A DNA stretch of 64,000 nucleotides, taken from the IMG/VR virus record IMGVR_UViG_3300002098_001673, positions 41,296 through 105,295 of that record. One strand, written 5' to 3'. This stretch comes from a virus. Numbering within the stretch: position 1 is the first letter of the stretch; each line of letters begins with the position of its first letter. The notes beneath the pieces are model-generated. The model worked only from the letters and a program-made list of their open reading frames with translations, was not told the DNA's origin and made no database searches. Of this stretch, positions 50,551 through 60,204 are shown one piece after another. The translations under genes were made by a program, and so were the position numbers.

Positions 50551-51735
50551 ATGGTAGATATTTTTAGAGAAAATGTAGATACAGAAAAATATTTTATAGT
50601 TACATATTATTTGGAATCCCAAAGTAATTTAAGAGACGCATCTTGGAATTTAGCTATAGGTCAAAGTGTTGGTAATCCAAACGTAAGAAATCAATGGGAA
50701 ACCGATGAATTATTTGAAAATCACTCCTGCATTATATTAGATTATGAATTAAGATTAGAAACACTCTCTAAAGGAATTGTAAAAATCGCCTTCCCTATTA
50801 TTAATATAGATTTTAAAACTGATGGTATTTCACATCTGTTAGTTAATATAATGGGGGGACAGATGGATATTGATAATATTAATAAATGCTCTGTAATAGA
50901 TATCGAATTTCCAAAATCAGTAAAAGATTGTTTTTTAGGTCCCAAATTCGGAATTAATGGTATAAGAGAATATACAAAAGTTTTTAATAAACCATTGTTA
51001 GGTGCAATTATAAAACCAAAAACAGGTATCTCACCAAAGGTCCTTTTAGAAATGGTTAAAGAACTAGTTGATGGTGGGGTTAATTTTATTAAAGAAGATG
51101 AAATAATGAGTAATCCTTCTTTTTGTAAAATAGAAGAAAGAGTTCCATTAATAATGGATTATCTAAAAGATAAAAATGTAATTTACTGTGTTTCAATTCA
51201 TTCTGATTATCCATACATAATTGATAGAGTTAAACAAGTATATGAGTTAGGTGGTAATGGAGTCCACGTTAATTTTTGGTGTGGTGTTGGAGTATATAAA
51301 GCAATTAGAGAATTAGACCTTCCAATATTTGTTCATTTTCAAAAATCAGGAGATAAAATCATAACCAATAAGAATCATGATTTTCATATTGATTGGAGAG
51401 TTATCTGCAAATTGGCAGGAATGATGGGGGTCGATTTTATTCATGCAGGTATGATTGGTGGGTATTATAAATGGGATGAAATTGAAACAATTGATGCCGT
51501 AAAAATTTTAAACGAACATAATGTAATGCCAGCTTTAAGTTGTGGATTTCATCCTGGATTAACTAAATGGGTTACAGATAAAATTGGTACTGACTATATG
51601 GCAAATGTTGGTGGAGCGATTCACGGACATCCTAATGGTACTACAGATGGAGCAAAAGCCATGAGACAAAGTATTGATGGTATTTACAAAAAAGAATATG
51701 AAAGAGCAATACATAAATGGGGTAAAATATATTAA
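50551..51735 (+). CDS. RuBisCO-like protein (form IV)
   Basis: GPKFG, IIKPKTG, GGVNFIKEDE, HAG, SCG, GGAIHGHPNG...GAKAMRQ; no loop-6 Lys; probable start 50551. Confidence 0.9.
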   Translation: MVDIFRENVDTEKYFIVTYYLESQSNLRDASWNLAIGQSVGNPNVRNQWETDELFENHSCIILDYELRLETLSKGIVKIAFPIINIDFKTDGISHLLVNIMGGQMDIDNINKCSVIDIEFPKSVKDCFLGPKFGINGIREYTKVFNKPLLGAIIKPKTGISPKVLLEMVKELVDGGVNFIKEDEIMSNPSFCKIEERVPLIMDYLKDKNVIYCVSIHSDYPYIIDRVKQVYELGGNGVHVNFWCGVGVYKAIRELDLPIFVHFQKSGDKIITNKNHDFHIDWRVICKLAGMMGVDFIHAGMIGGYYKWDEIETIDAVKILNEHNVMPALSCGFHPGLTKWVTDKIGTDYMANVGGAIHGHPNGTTDGAKAMRQSIDGIYKKEYERAIHKWGKIY

Positions 51736-51755
51736 TTTAAACTAAAAAACAAATA

Positions 51756-52490
51756 ATGGGTAGACAAATGAAAAAGAACACAGTACAAATACCGGCAATT
51801 GAAAGTTCAGTAAAAAAAACTAAAAAACAATTAATCAACAACATTATTAAGAAAAAAACAAAAGATAAGTTTTTAAGTGAAAGTCAAAAAGAGTATTATG
51901 ATAAGTTATCTAAAAATCAAATCACTCTTTGTTCTGGTCCCGCAGGCGTTGGTAAAAGTTATATAGCTATGAAATGCGCTGTAGACCTTTTAATTGACCC
52001 AGAAACTTCATATGAAAAAATAATCATTGTTCGTCCCGCAGTTGAAGCCGAAGAAAAATTAGGTTCATTACCAGGTAATGTAGAAGAAAAACTAGACCCG
52101 TATATTTTTCCTTCGTATTATCTTTTAAATAAAATAATTGGTAAAGAAATTAGAGAAAAATTAAAAGAAATTGAAGCGATTGAAGTTTTTGCTTTAGCAT
52201 ATATGAGAGGTATGAATATTGATAATTCAATATTAATATTTGAAGAAGCACAAAATTCGACTCCAAGTCAAATGAAATTACTTCTAACAAGAATAGGATT
52301 TAATTCTAAATTTTTTATTTCTGGAGATTTGGAACAATTTGATAGACATAAAGATAAAACACAAACGGGTTTGTGGGATGCATTACATAAATTTCAAAAT
52401 ATGAATGATGTTGCGACATTTGAATTTAAATCTGAAGATATTGTAAGGAATCCATTAATAACACAAATTTTAAAAAGATACGAAGAATGA
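51756..52490 (+). CDS. phoH: PhoH-family ATPase
   Basis: GPAGVGKS, RPAVE, LGSLPG, AYMRG, EAQN, LTRIG, GDLEQ, DIVRNPL. Confidence 0.95.
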   Translation: MGRQMKKNTVQIPAIESSVKKTKKQLINNIIKKKTKDKFLSESQKEYYDKLSKNQITLCSGPAGVGKSYIAMKCAVDLLIDPETSYEKIIIVRPAVEAEEKLGSLPGNVEEKLDPYIFPSYYLLNKIIGKEIREKLKEIEAIEVFALAYMRGMNIDNSILIFEEAQNSTPSQMKLLLTRIGFNSKFFISGDLEQFDRHKDKTQTGLWDALHKFQNMNDVATFEFKSEDIVRNPLITQILKRYEE

Positions 52491-53080
52491 GAATTGGAAT
52501 TGAGTTAAATGGTGTATTAAGAGACACTTTAAAAAAAATACAACAGGAATACGAAAAATGGTACATAGAAAATCCATTTAAAGAAGAAACTGAATTTGAG
52601 TATAAAGTTATTTCTGATTTAACATCATTAAATATAATGAATCATTTATCATTTAAAAATGATGACGAACTTTATGATTTTTTATATAAAGAACATACTA
52701 TGGAAATTTTTGGACATTCTGGTTCTGTTGAAATTTCAAGTATGATGGATTTAAATGAATTTTATTTGGATATGAGAGATTTCCATGATATTTTAATTGT
52801 TTCTGATGAAATTGGAAAATCAAAACCAGCTTCTTTATTTTTCATATCTAAATTTGGATGTTTAATAGAAACTATAAAATTTTATAGTGAATCAACAATT
52901 AATTCTATGTGGAATTCAATAGATATTTTACTTACAGCAAATCCTCAACTATTATTAAACCATCCAAAAGATAAAGAAGTGATTAAATTTAATACTTCGT
53001 ATAATAAAGATATTAATGTTACAAATTCAATATCAAATCTAAAGGAATTAACGAATAAAATTAAAGAAATATATGATTGA
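52487..53080 (+). CDS. 5'(3')-nucleotidase-like HAD-fold protein, degenerate motif I
   Basis: RIGIELNGVLRD (ExN instead of DxD), C-terminal SYN. Confidence 0.55.
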   Translation: MRIGIELNGVLRDTLKKIQQEYEKWYIENPFKEETEFEYKVISDLTSLNIMNHLSFKNDDELYDFLYKEHTMEIFGHSGSVEISSMMDLNEFYLDMRDFHDILIVSDEIGKSKPASLFFISKFGCLIETIKFYSESTINSMWNSIDILLTANPQLLLNHPKDKEVIKFNTSYNKDINVTNSISNLKELTNKIKEIYD

Positions 53081-53351
53081 AGTTTTAGGTGAAAATTATT
53101 TTATCGATTTAGACCAAATCGAAAAATATATTGATATAGGTAACATACCTGATTTTGAAATGTCAGGAGGAACAGAAATGAGAATCAATATTATAAAATA
53201 TGAAATGGTAAAAATATTATTAGAAATTATTTTAAGTGAAGATATTGAAATGGATGAAAAATTAGGAACTAAAGGGAATAGTAATATTAGTATTCCATTT
53301 AAATTAGCATTTAATAGTTTACTAAATAAAAAATTAATTAATTATTATTAA
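53073..53351 (+). CDS. Hypothetical protein
   Basis: Clean ORF in operon. Confidence 0.65.
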   Translation: MIEVLGENYFIDLDQIEKYIDIGNIPDFEMSGGTEMRINIIKYEMVKILLEIILSEDIEMDEKLGTKGNSNISIPFKLAFNSLLNKKLINYY

Positions 53352-53352
53352 T

Positions 53353-54408
53353 ATGGAAAATGAATTAAAAGAAAAAGTTAAAAACTCTATTAAAATATTA
53401 AAAGAGAAAAAAGCCAGAATTTATTTCCTTGTTCAAGACACAAAAGGAAATGCAAAGGCTTCGGTAAGATTAATTTACCAAATGGCAAAAACATTAAAAG
53501 ATAATGGATTTAATTCTATAATTCTTCATGAAAAAAATGATTACACTTCTGTATCATCTTGGTTAGGTGAAGAATATATGACAGAATTACCACACAAAGT
53601 AATTGAAGGTCAAAATCTAGAAATTTCTCCAGAAGATTTTATTATTGTTCCAGAAATTTTTGGATATATTATGGAACAAATAAAAAAATTACCTTGTGCT
53701 AAAATTGTATTAACACAATCTTACGCATATATGTTAGAAACATTACAACCAGGTCAATCTTGGAATCAATTTGGATTTTTAAAGTGTATAACAACAAGTG
53801 AGACACAAAAAGGTTATATTGAGAAAGTAATGAGACAATCTAGTTTTGATATTATTGAACCATTAATTAGTGAAGATTTTTCTCCCAAAAATTTTCCAGC
53901 AATGCCAATTATTGGCGTTCATTCTAAAGAACAAAGTGATACTATTAATTTAATAAAAACATTTTATTTGAAATTCCCACAATATAGGTGGTTTACATTT
54001 AGAGATTTAAGAGGGTTATCTCAAAAAGAATTTGCCAATTCTCTAAAAGAATGTTTTTTAAGTGTATGGATTGATAATGAAAGTGGATTTGGAACTTTCC
54101 CATTAGAATCCATGGCATCTGATGTTCCTGTTATTGGTAAAATACCTAATTTAAAACCAGAATGGATGACAGAAGATAATGGAGTTTGGATTTCAGATAG
54201 TACATTAATTACGGATTTTATTGCTGATTTTATACAAAATTGGTTAGAAGACGCTATAAATCCAGAACTATATGAACACATGAGAAATACTGTTAAAAAG
54301 TATACCAATAAACAAGAATTTGAGTCTAAAATTATTTCCACGTTTGAGGGATATATAAGTAATAGAGCAGATTCTTTTGAACAACAACTTTCTAAAACCG
54401 AAGAATAA
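53353..54408 (+). CDS. GT-B (GT4-like) glycosyltransferase
   Basis: IIVPE, SGFGTFPLESMASDVPVIG. Confidence 0.75.
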   Translation: MENELKEKVKNSIKILKEKKARIYFLVQDTKGNAKASVRLIYQMAKTLKDNGFNSIILHEKNDYTSVSSWLGEEYMTELPHKVIEGQNLEISPEDFIIVPEIFGYIMEQIKKLPCAKIVLTQSYAYMLETLQPGQSWNQFGFLKCITTSETQKGYIEKVMRQSSFDIIEPLISEDFSPKNFPAMPIIGVHSKEQSDTINLIKTFYLKFPQYRWFTFRDLRGLSQKEFANSLKECFLSVWIDNESGFGTFPLESMASDVPVIGKIPNLKPEWMTEDNGVWISDSTLITDFIADFIQNWLEDAINPELYEHMRNTVKKYTNKQEFESKIISTFEGYISNRADSFEQQLSKTEE

Positions 54409-54409
54409 T

Positions 54410-55216
54410 ATGAGTAATAAATTATCAGTTTCCGTCATATTGCCAATTAAATCATCAAAATCAAGAGATTTTTCAGAATATTTTGATAAGGCAATTAAAT
54501 CCATTCAACTACAGCAAGTTGAAGTTGAAGAAGTATTAATCATTCATACTACTGAAGAATCATTAATTAGTCATTTAGATAATTACGATTTTGGAGAATT
54601 GAATGTAAGAAAATTACTATGGGACAAAACTCCAAATTACGCCGACCAAGTTAATTTTGGTATAAAAAATTCAAATTCTACATGGGTTTCTTTATTTGAA
54701 TTTGATGATGAATATTCATCAATATGGTTTAAAAATGTTAAAAAATACATTGAATCGTATCCTGAAGTACAGATTTTTTTACCTGTTGTTGTTGAGACAG
54801 ATGATAAAAATACATTTGCCGGATTTACAAATGAGGCTACTTTTGCTGCAAATTTTGCACAAGAAATGGGATATTTAACTAATGAAACATTACAAGATTA
54901 TCAAAATTTTCAAACTGCTGGTTCTGTAATAAAAAAACAAACTATAGAAGATTTTGGAGGATTTAAACCATCCATTAAATTAACATTTATTTATGAATTT
55001 TTATTAAGATTAACATATAATTCGGTACCAATTTTAACAATACCTAAATTAGGATACAAACATGTTAATTTAAGAGAAGGTTCTATTTTCTGGAATTATA
55101 AATTTGGTGATGAAAAAATGTTAGAAGACGAAGTTAAGTTTTGGATTCAAACAGCAAAAAAAGAGTATTTTTTTGTAGATGATAGGTCCATAAAATATCA
55201 AACAGAAAACTTATAA
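54410..55216 (+). CDS. GT2-like glycosyltransferase
   Basis: VSVILPI, FEFDDEY, GGFK...EFLLR; probable start 54410. Confidence 0.75.
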   Translation: MSNKLSVSVILPIKSSKSRDFSEYFDKAIKSIQLQQVEVEEVLIIHTTEESLISHLDNYDFGELNVRKLLWDKTPNYADQVNFGIKNSNSTWVSLFEFDDEYSSIWFKNVKKYIESYPEVQIFLPVVVETDDKNTFAGFTNEATFAANFAQEMGYLTNETLQDYQNFQTAGSVIKKQTIEDFGGFKPSIKLTFIYEFLLRLTYNSVPILTIPKLGYKHVNLREGSIFWNYKFGDEKMLEDEVKFWIQTAKKEYFFVDDRSIKYQTENL

Positions 55217-55962
55217 TGCAAGAAACACTATCTTCAACAACAGAAGATGTTTCGTCAAAAAAAAGAGGTAGAAAATCAATTAAAGAAAATTATTTTGATA
55301 TTCGAGAAGAAAACGCTGTTATAAATTTTTTAATTGCTGAAACTTCTCAGGAAAAAAATAAAATATATAATGAATTTCTAAGAGGTCCTCTAGATAAGAT
55401 GATTTCATCTATTATTAGACGATATAAATTATATCGAAAAGATATGAACTTTGAAGAAATCAATATGGATACTCATTCATTTTTGATGACTAAAGTTGAT
55501 AAATTTAAACCCTCAAAAAATAAAAAAGCATATTCTTATTTTGGTACAATATGTAAGAATTATTTGATGGGTCAAATAATTAAAGACCAAAAAGAAACAA
55601 ATAGAAAAATATCATATGAAGATATATCCTCAGTAATTGAACAAAGACCTGACATGATATATAGAATTGATGATGATGTTGTAGAAAATGATTTTGTTAT
55701 TGTAGAATATTTAAAAGAATTAAAGAAATTTGTTGATACGGAAAATTTAAACGATAATGAAAAAAAATTAGGATATGCTCTTGTAGATTTATTCGACAAT
55801 TATCAAACAATATTTTCAAGCGCAGATAATAATAAATTTAATAAAAATGTTATTTTACTCTCTTTAAGAGAAATGACAAATTTAAGTACCAAAGAAATAA
55901 GAGGTTCCATTAAAAGATTTAAGAAATTGTATTCAACAATACAAATTAAAATGAAAAATTAG
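55216..55962 (+). CDS. Phage sigma factor-like protein (T4 gp55-like)
   Basis: Region-2-like KFKPSKNKKAYSYFGTICKNYL; helical C-terminus LSLREMTNLSTKEI. Confidence 0.6.
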   Translation: MQETLSSTTEDVSSKKRGRKSIKENYFDIREENAVINFLIAETSQEKNKIYNEFLRGPLDKMISSIIRRYKLYRKDMNFEEINMDTHSFLMTKVDKFKPSKNKKAYSYFGTICKNYLMGQIIKDQKETNRKISYEDISSVIEQRPDMIYRIDDDVVENDFVIVEYLKELKKFVDTENLNDNEKKLGYALVDLFDNYQTIFSSADNNKFNKNVILLSLREMTNLSTKEIRGSIKRFKKLYSTIQIKMKN

Positions 55963-55981
55963 TTAAAAACTATTTATCATT

Positions 55982-56347
55982 ATGCCAAGACCTCAAAGAA
56001 AAGAAATTAATTTTACTAAAGAGTCAATATTGTCTCTAATGCAAGAAATTTACAATGAACTTGTAGAACAAAGAAATACTGCGATAAGGATTCAAAATAA
56101 AATGTTAGCCATGTTAAAAGATGCTGAAGACATGACAACTATAGGACCTGTGATAGAAAAACAACAAAAAATTGTTAATGATTGTGTTGAAAAAAAGATA
56201 AGTTTATCAAAATTACAATCAGGTATTTGGGAAAAATCTAACAATAATACAGAGTCATTTACTATTTCTGACTTAGATGACGATTTGATTCAGAATCTAT
56301 TAGAAAAAGATATTTCTGCGGATAATGAAACATATAAAATGAAATAG
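55982..56347 (+). CDS. Hypothetical coiled-coil protein
   Basis: Clean ORF, TATTTAT upstream. Confidence 0.65.
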   Translation: MPRPQRKEINFTKESILSLMQEIYNELVEQRNTAIRIQNKMLAMLKDAEDMTTIGPVIEKQQKIVNDCVEKKISLSKLQSGIWEKSNNNTESFTISDLDDDLIQNLLEKDISADNETYKMK

Positions 56348-56348
56348 T

Positions 56349-58445
56349 ATGCAATCTACAGATTTAGCTGAAAGTTGGAAAAGTGCGAATAGTCAAATTG
56401 AATCAATTAAGACATATAATGATATTTCTAGTTCTAAGAAAAAATTAAAAAGCTCTGCAGGTGATTCAGTTTCAAAATCTATAGGAGATTTATCGTCACA
56501 ACTTAATCAAGTTTCAGAACAACAAAAAAGATATTTAAGAGATGCTCCTACTTCTATGGACCAACTTTTAAATCTATTTGGTACAACAAATGGTCAAGGA
56601 CCAGAATCTTTCACATATTTAAGAAAAAAATTATTAGAAGCTTCTGTAAAAATTGAACCTGAAATACAAACAATTCTTAGCGAAGAAACATTAAAAGTGC
56701 TTGGTTGTTCTCAAGAACAATCATATGTTGGAATATCTAAAGATAGTTTAGAATTACAACCTTTACCATTACAACCTGTATCACAAGGAATTTATATTCC
56801 AGTACAATCACTAGATATTGCAAATATGTTAAAATCTCCGGTAAGTTCAAAAATCGGAAAAATTTTTTATGAAAAACAAGAACCTTCAGTAGATATAAAA
56901 TTTAAACCATTTGGAGGAAATGAACCATTTCCAATGAATAAAACTCTTAATTTAAGATTAGATAGTTTAAATACGTCTTTTTACACCCAATATGGTAAAA
57001 ATTATAAAGGAAAATCACAACAAGATTTATTTGATATTCAATATACAACGACTAATGAATTTGGAGTTTCAGGTAATTTTTATCGTGTAATATTAATAAA
57101 TAGAGATTCTTTCACACATACAGGTAGTACATATACAGCCGTCACAGTAAATAAAGTTGGCGAATTTTTAAAAGATTATTATAGTACAATAAAATTAGTT
57201 GATTCTGTCAATTGGACTGCTCAGTTAATGAATATAATATCAGGAGTAGTTGATATAAAAGCCCAATTTGGATTTAATGATGTGTCAAATCAATCTAAAT
57301 TTTATCTATTACTTCAAAGAATTTTAGGGTTATGTTTTGATTCAAGAAAAGAAATTGATGTTAGTGGTATTTCAAAAATTGCAGAATTGGATGGTGTTGA
57401 TGAAAGTTTTTTTGAGTTTACAGACATAGATTTGAGAAAAATTAATTTAAGAACTACTAATATTCAAAATGGTGTTGTTGAATTCGAAGATTGCGATAAC
57501 GTTAAACTTCCTGTTAATTATGATACAATTATAGACGAATTAGTACTATTTAGGGATGCGTTAAGTGGGCAAACTCCTGAACAACAAGTTTCGTCAATAG
57601 AAAAAATTATAGACACTTTATCTCAAAATCCTTCATGGAAAATACCCTCAAATGTAAATATTTCTTTATCAATTAATAAAAATATATTAAAACAATTACC
57701 ATTAGCAATTGCTTCCTCTGTATTAAGTCCAAAAGTTTTATTACCAATATTCACAATGTTATCAGTTGTAGAATCTAGCGCAAAAAATACATACAATAAT
57801 GCAATAACTTCTGGAAATACTTATATTCAATCAGGGAATACTCTAAATGGTCAAGTAAATAATATTGTTGGTAATAATGTTGATTTTGTTAGAGTATTCA
57901 AACAATTTAATATTAATGTTGTTTCAAAAATAGGAGCTCTTTATTTAAAAGTACTTTTTGAAATTTTAAAAAAAGATATTATAAATTTACTTAGTGTTAT
58001 TATTAAAGATATTGGAAAATCAAAATCCGCCAAAAAATATACAATTATTTTAAGATTGGTTGGAATCGCTTTAGCAATTGCCCAACTATTAAGCGATTAT
58101 AGAAAATGTAAATCATTAGTTGAAGATATATTAGCTCTGTTAAAATTAATTAATGGTGTTGGTATTGGACAAAATACAATACCAATACCATTACTTGCAT
58201 TAACTAAATTTTTACCAGGGTTTTCACCTGAAAGAGCGACAATAAACACTTTACAAGAATTACAATCTTTAGGTGTACCAACAGGACCAATGCCTGATGG
58301 TTCTCCTAACTTTATGAACATTTTTATGGAATCAATTCATTCTGGGTCAGATAAAGAACAATCAGAAAATGGTAAGGTTGAGGCATTTGGTCTTGTACCA
58401 CCATTAACAGGAGGTTACGTTGAAATTTTTGGAAAATCCGTATAA
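56349..58445 (+). CDS. Large hypothetical (probable baseplate-region) protein
   Basis: 698 aa ORF upstream of gp5-like gene. Confidence 0.6.
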   Translation: MQSTDLAESWKSANSQIESIKTYNDISSSKKKLKSSAGDSVSKSIGDLSSQLNQVSEQQKRYLRDAPTSMDQLLNLFGTTNGQGPESFTYLRKKLLEASVKIEPEIQTILSEETLKVLGCSQEQSYVGISKDSLELQPLPLQPVSQGIYIPVQSLDIANMLKSPVSSKIGKIFYEKQEPSVDIKFKPFGGNEPFPMNKTLNLRLDSLNTSFYTQYGKNYKGKSQQDLFDIQYTTTNEFGVSGNFYRVILINRDSFTHTGSTYTAVTVNKVGEFLKDYYSTIKLVDSVNWTAQLMNIISGVVDIKAQFGFNDVSNQSKFYLLLQRILGLCFDSRKEIDVSGISKIAELDGVDESFFEFTDIDLRKINLRTTNIQNGVVEFEDCDNVKLPVNYDTIIDELVLFRDALSGQTPEQQVSSIEKIIDTLSQNPSWKIPSNVNISLSINKNILKQLPLAIASSVLSPKVLLPIFTMLSVVESSAKNTYNNAITSGNTYIQSGNTLNGQVNNIVGNNVDFVRVFKQFNINVVSKIGALYLKVLFEILKKDIINLLSVIIKDIGKSKSAKKYTIILRLVGIALAIAQLLSDYRKCKSLVEDILALLKLINGVGIGQNTIPIPLLALTKFLPGFSPERATINTLQELQSLGVPTGPMPDGSPNFMNIFMESIHSGSDKEQSENGKVEAFGLVPPLTGGYVEIFGKSV

Positions 58446-58446
58446 T

Positions 58447-58653
58447 ATGATAAAAGAAAATTTTGAAAATATTGTTAAAGAACAAAGTAATTTAAAGAAT
58501 TTACCAAATTCCAAATTAATTGAATTTATGGACGACTTATCTTCTGATTTTGAAATAACAAAACAAAATATAATAAATCTAACAATTTATTTAGATACAG
58601 TAGAAGAATTATATAATAATACACTTAAAGAATATCAAACAAGAACAAAATGA
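58447..58653 (+). CDS. Small hypothetical protein
   Basis: Probable start 58447; ATGA overlap with next gene. Confidence 0.6.
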   Translation: MIKENFENIVKEQSNLKNLPNSKLIEFMDDLSSDFEITKQNIINLTIYLDTVEELYNNTLKEYQTRTK

Positions 58654-60185
58654 GTGGACCAATACTTTTTCAATGCGAGGTTTTAGATAATGAAGACCCA
58701 TTAATGTTGGGAAGAGTTAGGGGTAAATTACTTGCACCTCCAAATAATACTTCTTATGAAGCAGTTTTAGCTGCAATTACATCTCCTCCGTGGGATGAAG
58801 AAAAAGATAAATGGACACAGAGAGACCCTTTTATTTTCACTCCATTATTACCATATTTTGTATATCAAGTCCCAAAGGTTGCAGAATTAATTCAAATTAT
58901 TTTTTTAAACAAAGATTACCCATATCAAAATCAATATTACGTACAAAGTAATTTTTATTCTCCAACATCTTCTAGTTTTCAATTTAGTCAAGGTGCTAAT
59001 AAATTTACAGGTACCGGTATGCAAATAAAAAATCCTAAACCATTAAAAAATCAAGATGGAACTTATACGGATAAAGAAATTCATAAAGGAGTGTTTCCTC
59101 AACCAGGAGATAATGCTATTTTAGGTAGAGGTGGCGCCGATTTAATTGTTAAAGAAAATGAAGTTTTATTAAGGGCAGGTAAATTTAAAGGTCAAACTCT
59201 TGAACCTAATATGGTTCCTGTTGGTAACCCACAAAGAGGATTTTTACAATTATCTAAATTTCAATCAGTAAAAATACCACAACCAACAAAAACTAGAATA
59301 GAATTAAATGAATTAGTTGTTAGTGTAAAATATTTGATAGAATGGGTTATTACTAATCCTGAAAATATGCAAGATAAGTTCACAGGAAATGTTTATTTAT
59401 ATCAATTAAAACCTGATTTATCGACAAATTCACAAAATATTACAGTTGATAGCGTTATTGATGAAAATTTAAAAAAAGTAATCGCATCTGAATATTTTTC
59501 GTCATTATCTAAAGTAGAAACAGTTGCATTTATTAATAATTTTATTAAAACTTGTAATGACAAGACTACAACTACTTCAGGTATTCAGTTGTTTTCAGAT
59601 AACAATAATAAATTTCCAATATTTTATAGACCAAATAACTTAACATATTCTTCAATAAATCCATCAAGTTTTAATAAATCAAGTTCTGAAGCAACTAACA
59701 ATGTTACAGAAATTTTTAATTCAATAAAATTATTCCCCGCATTAAATCAAGGTGGATTTGGATTAATTTATGCGAAAAATAAAGTAGGTAAACCAACAGA
59801 TATTAAAACTATAAAAGTACCACAATCAAAATATCTTAATTCCCCCACAGTATATGGCGCTTTAGGTGCAGATAAATTATTTTTATTATCGCATTTTTCT
59901 TCAATACCAGGAAAAGGAACAATAAATTTTAATGATACATTATACGGTATCTCAAGTGAAAAATTTTCAGATGAAATAATTCCAAAAACTTCAAGTATGG
60001 TTAGAGGAGAAGAATTATTAGAATTGATTAATTTGATTGTTAGATTCCTTACAACACATACTCACGCTTATCCAGGTCTTCCTCCCGTACCTGTAACTCA
60101 AGACGGAACAACAACTGTACAAATACTTACAGAGCTACAAAATGCCGTAAATAAAATACTTAATGAGAATATTCGAATTAATTGA
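58650..60185 (+). CDS. Baseplate hub/central spike (gp5/VgrG-like OB-fold)
   Basis: VLDNEDPLMLGRVR N-terminus, PKV.E, C-terminal RGEEL...HTH. Confidence 0.75.
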   Translation: MSGPILFQCEVLDNEDPLMLGRVRGKLLAPPNNTSYEAVLAAITSPPWDEEKDKWTQRDPFIFTPLLPYFVYQVPKVAELIQIIFLNKDYPYQNQYYVQSNFYSPTSSSFQFSQGANKFTGTGMQIKNPKPLKNQDGTYTDKEIHKGVFPQPGDNAILGRGGADLIVKENEVLLRAGKFKGQTLEPNMVPVGNPQRGFLQLSKFQSVKIPQPTKTRIELNELVVSVKYLIEWVITNPENMQDKFTGNVYLYQLKPDLSTNSQNITVDSVIDENLKKVIASEYFSSLSKVETVAFINNFIKTCNDKTTTTSGIQLFSDNNNKFPIFYRPNNLTYSSINPSSFNKSSSEATNNVTEIFNSIKLFPALNQGGFGLIYAKNKVGKPTDIKTIKVPQSKYLNSPTVYGALGADKLFLLSHFSSIPGKGTINFNDTLYGISSEKFSDEIIPKTSSMVRGEELLELINLIVRFLTTHTHAYPGLPPVPVTQDGTTTVQILTELQNAVNKILNENIRIN

Positions 60186-60204
60186 TATTTATTGAAAAAG
60201 ATTG

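Noticed and set aside
50551-51735. True CO2-fixing RuBisCO (rbcL)
   Set aside because: KEDE motif, missing loop-6 Lys and R295, no rbcS or prk nearby; fits form IV
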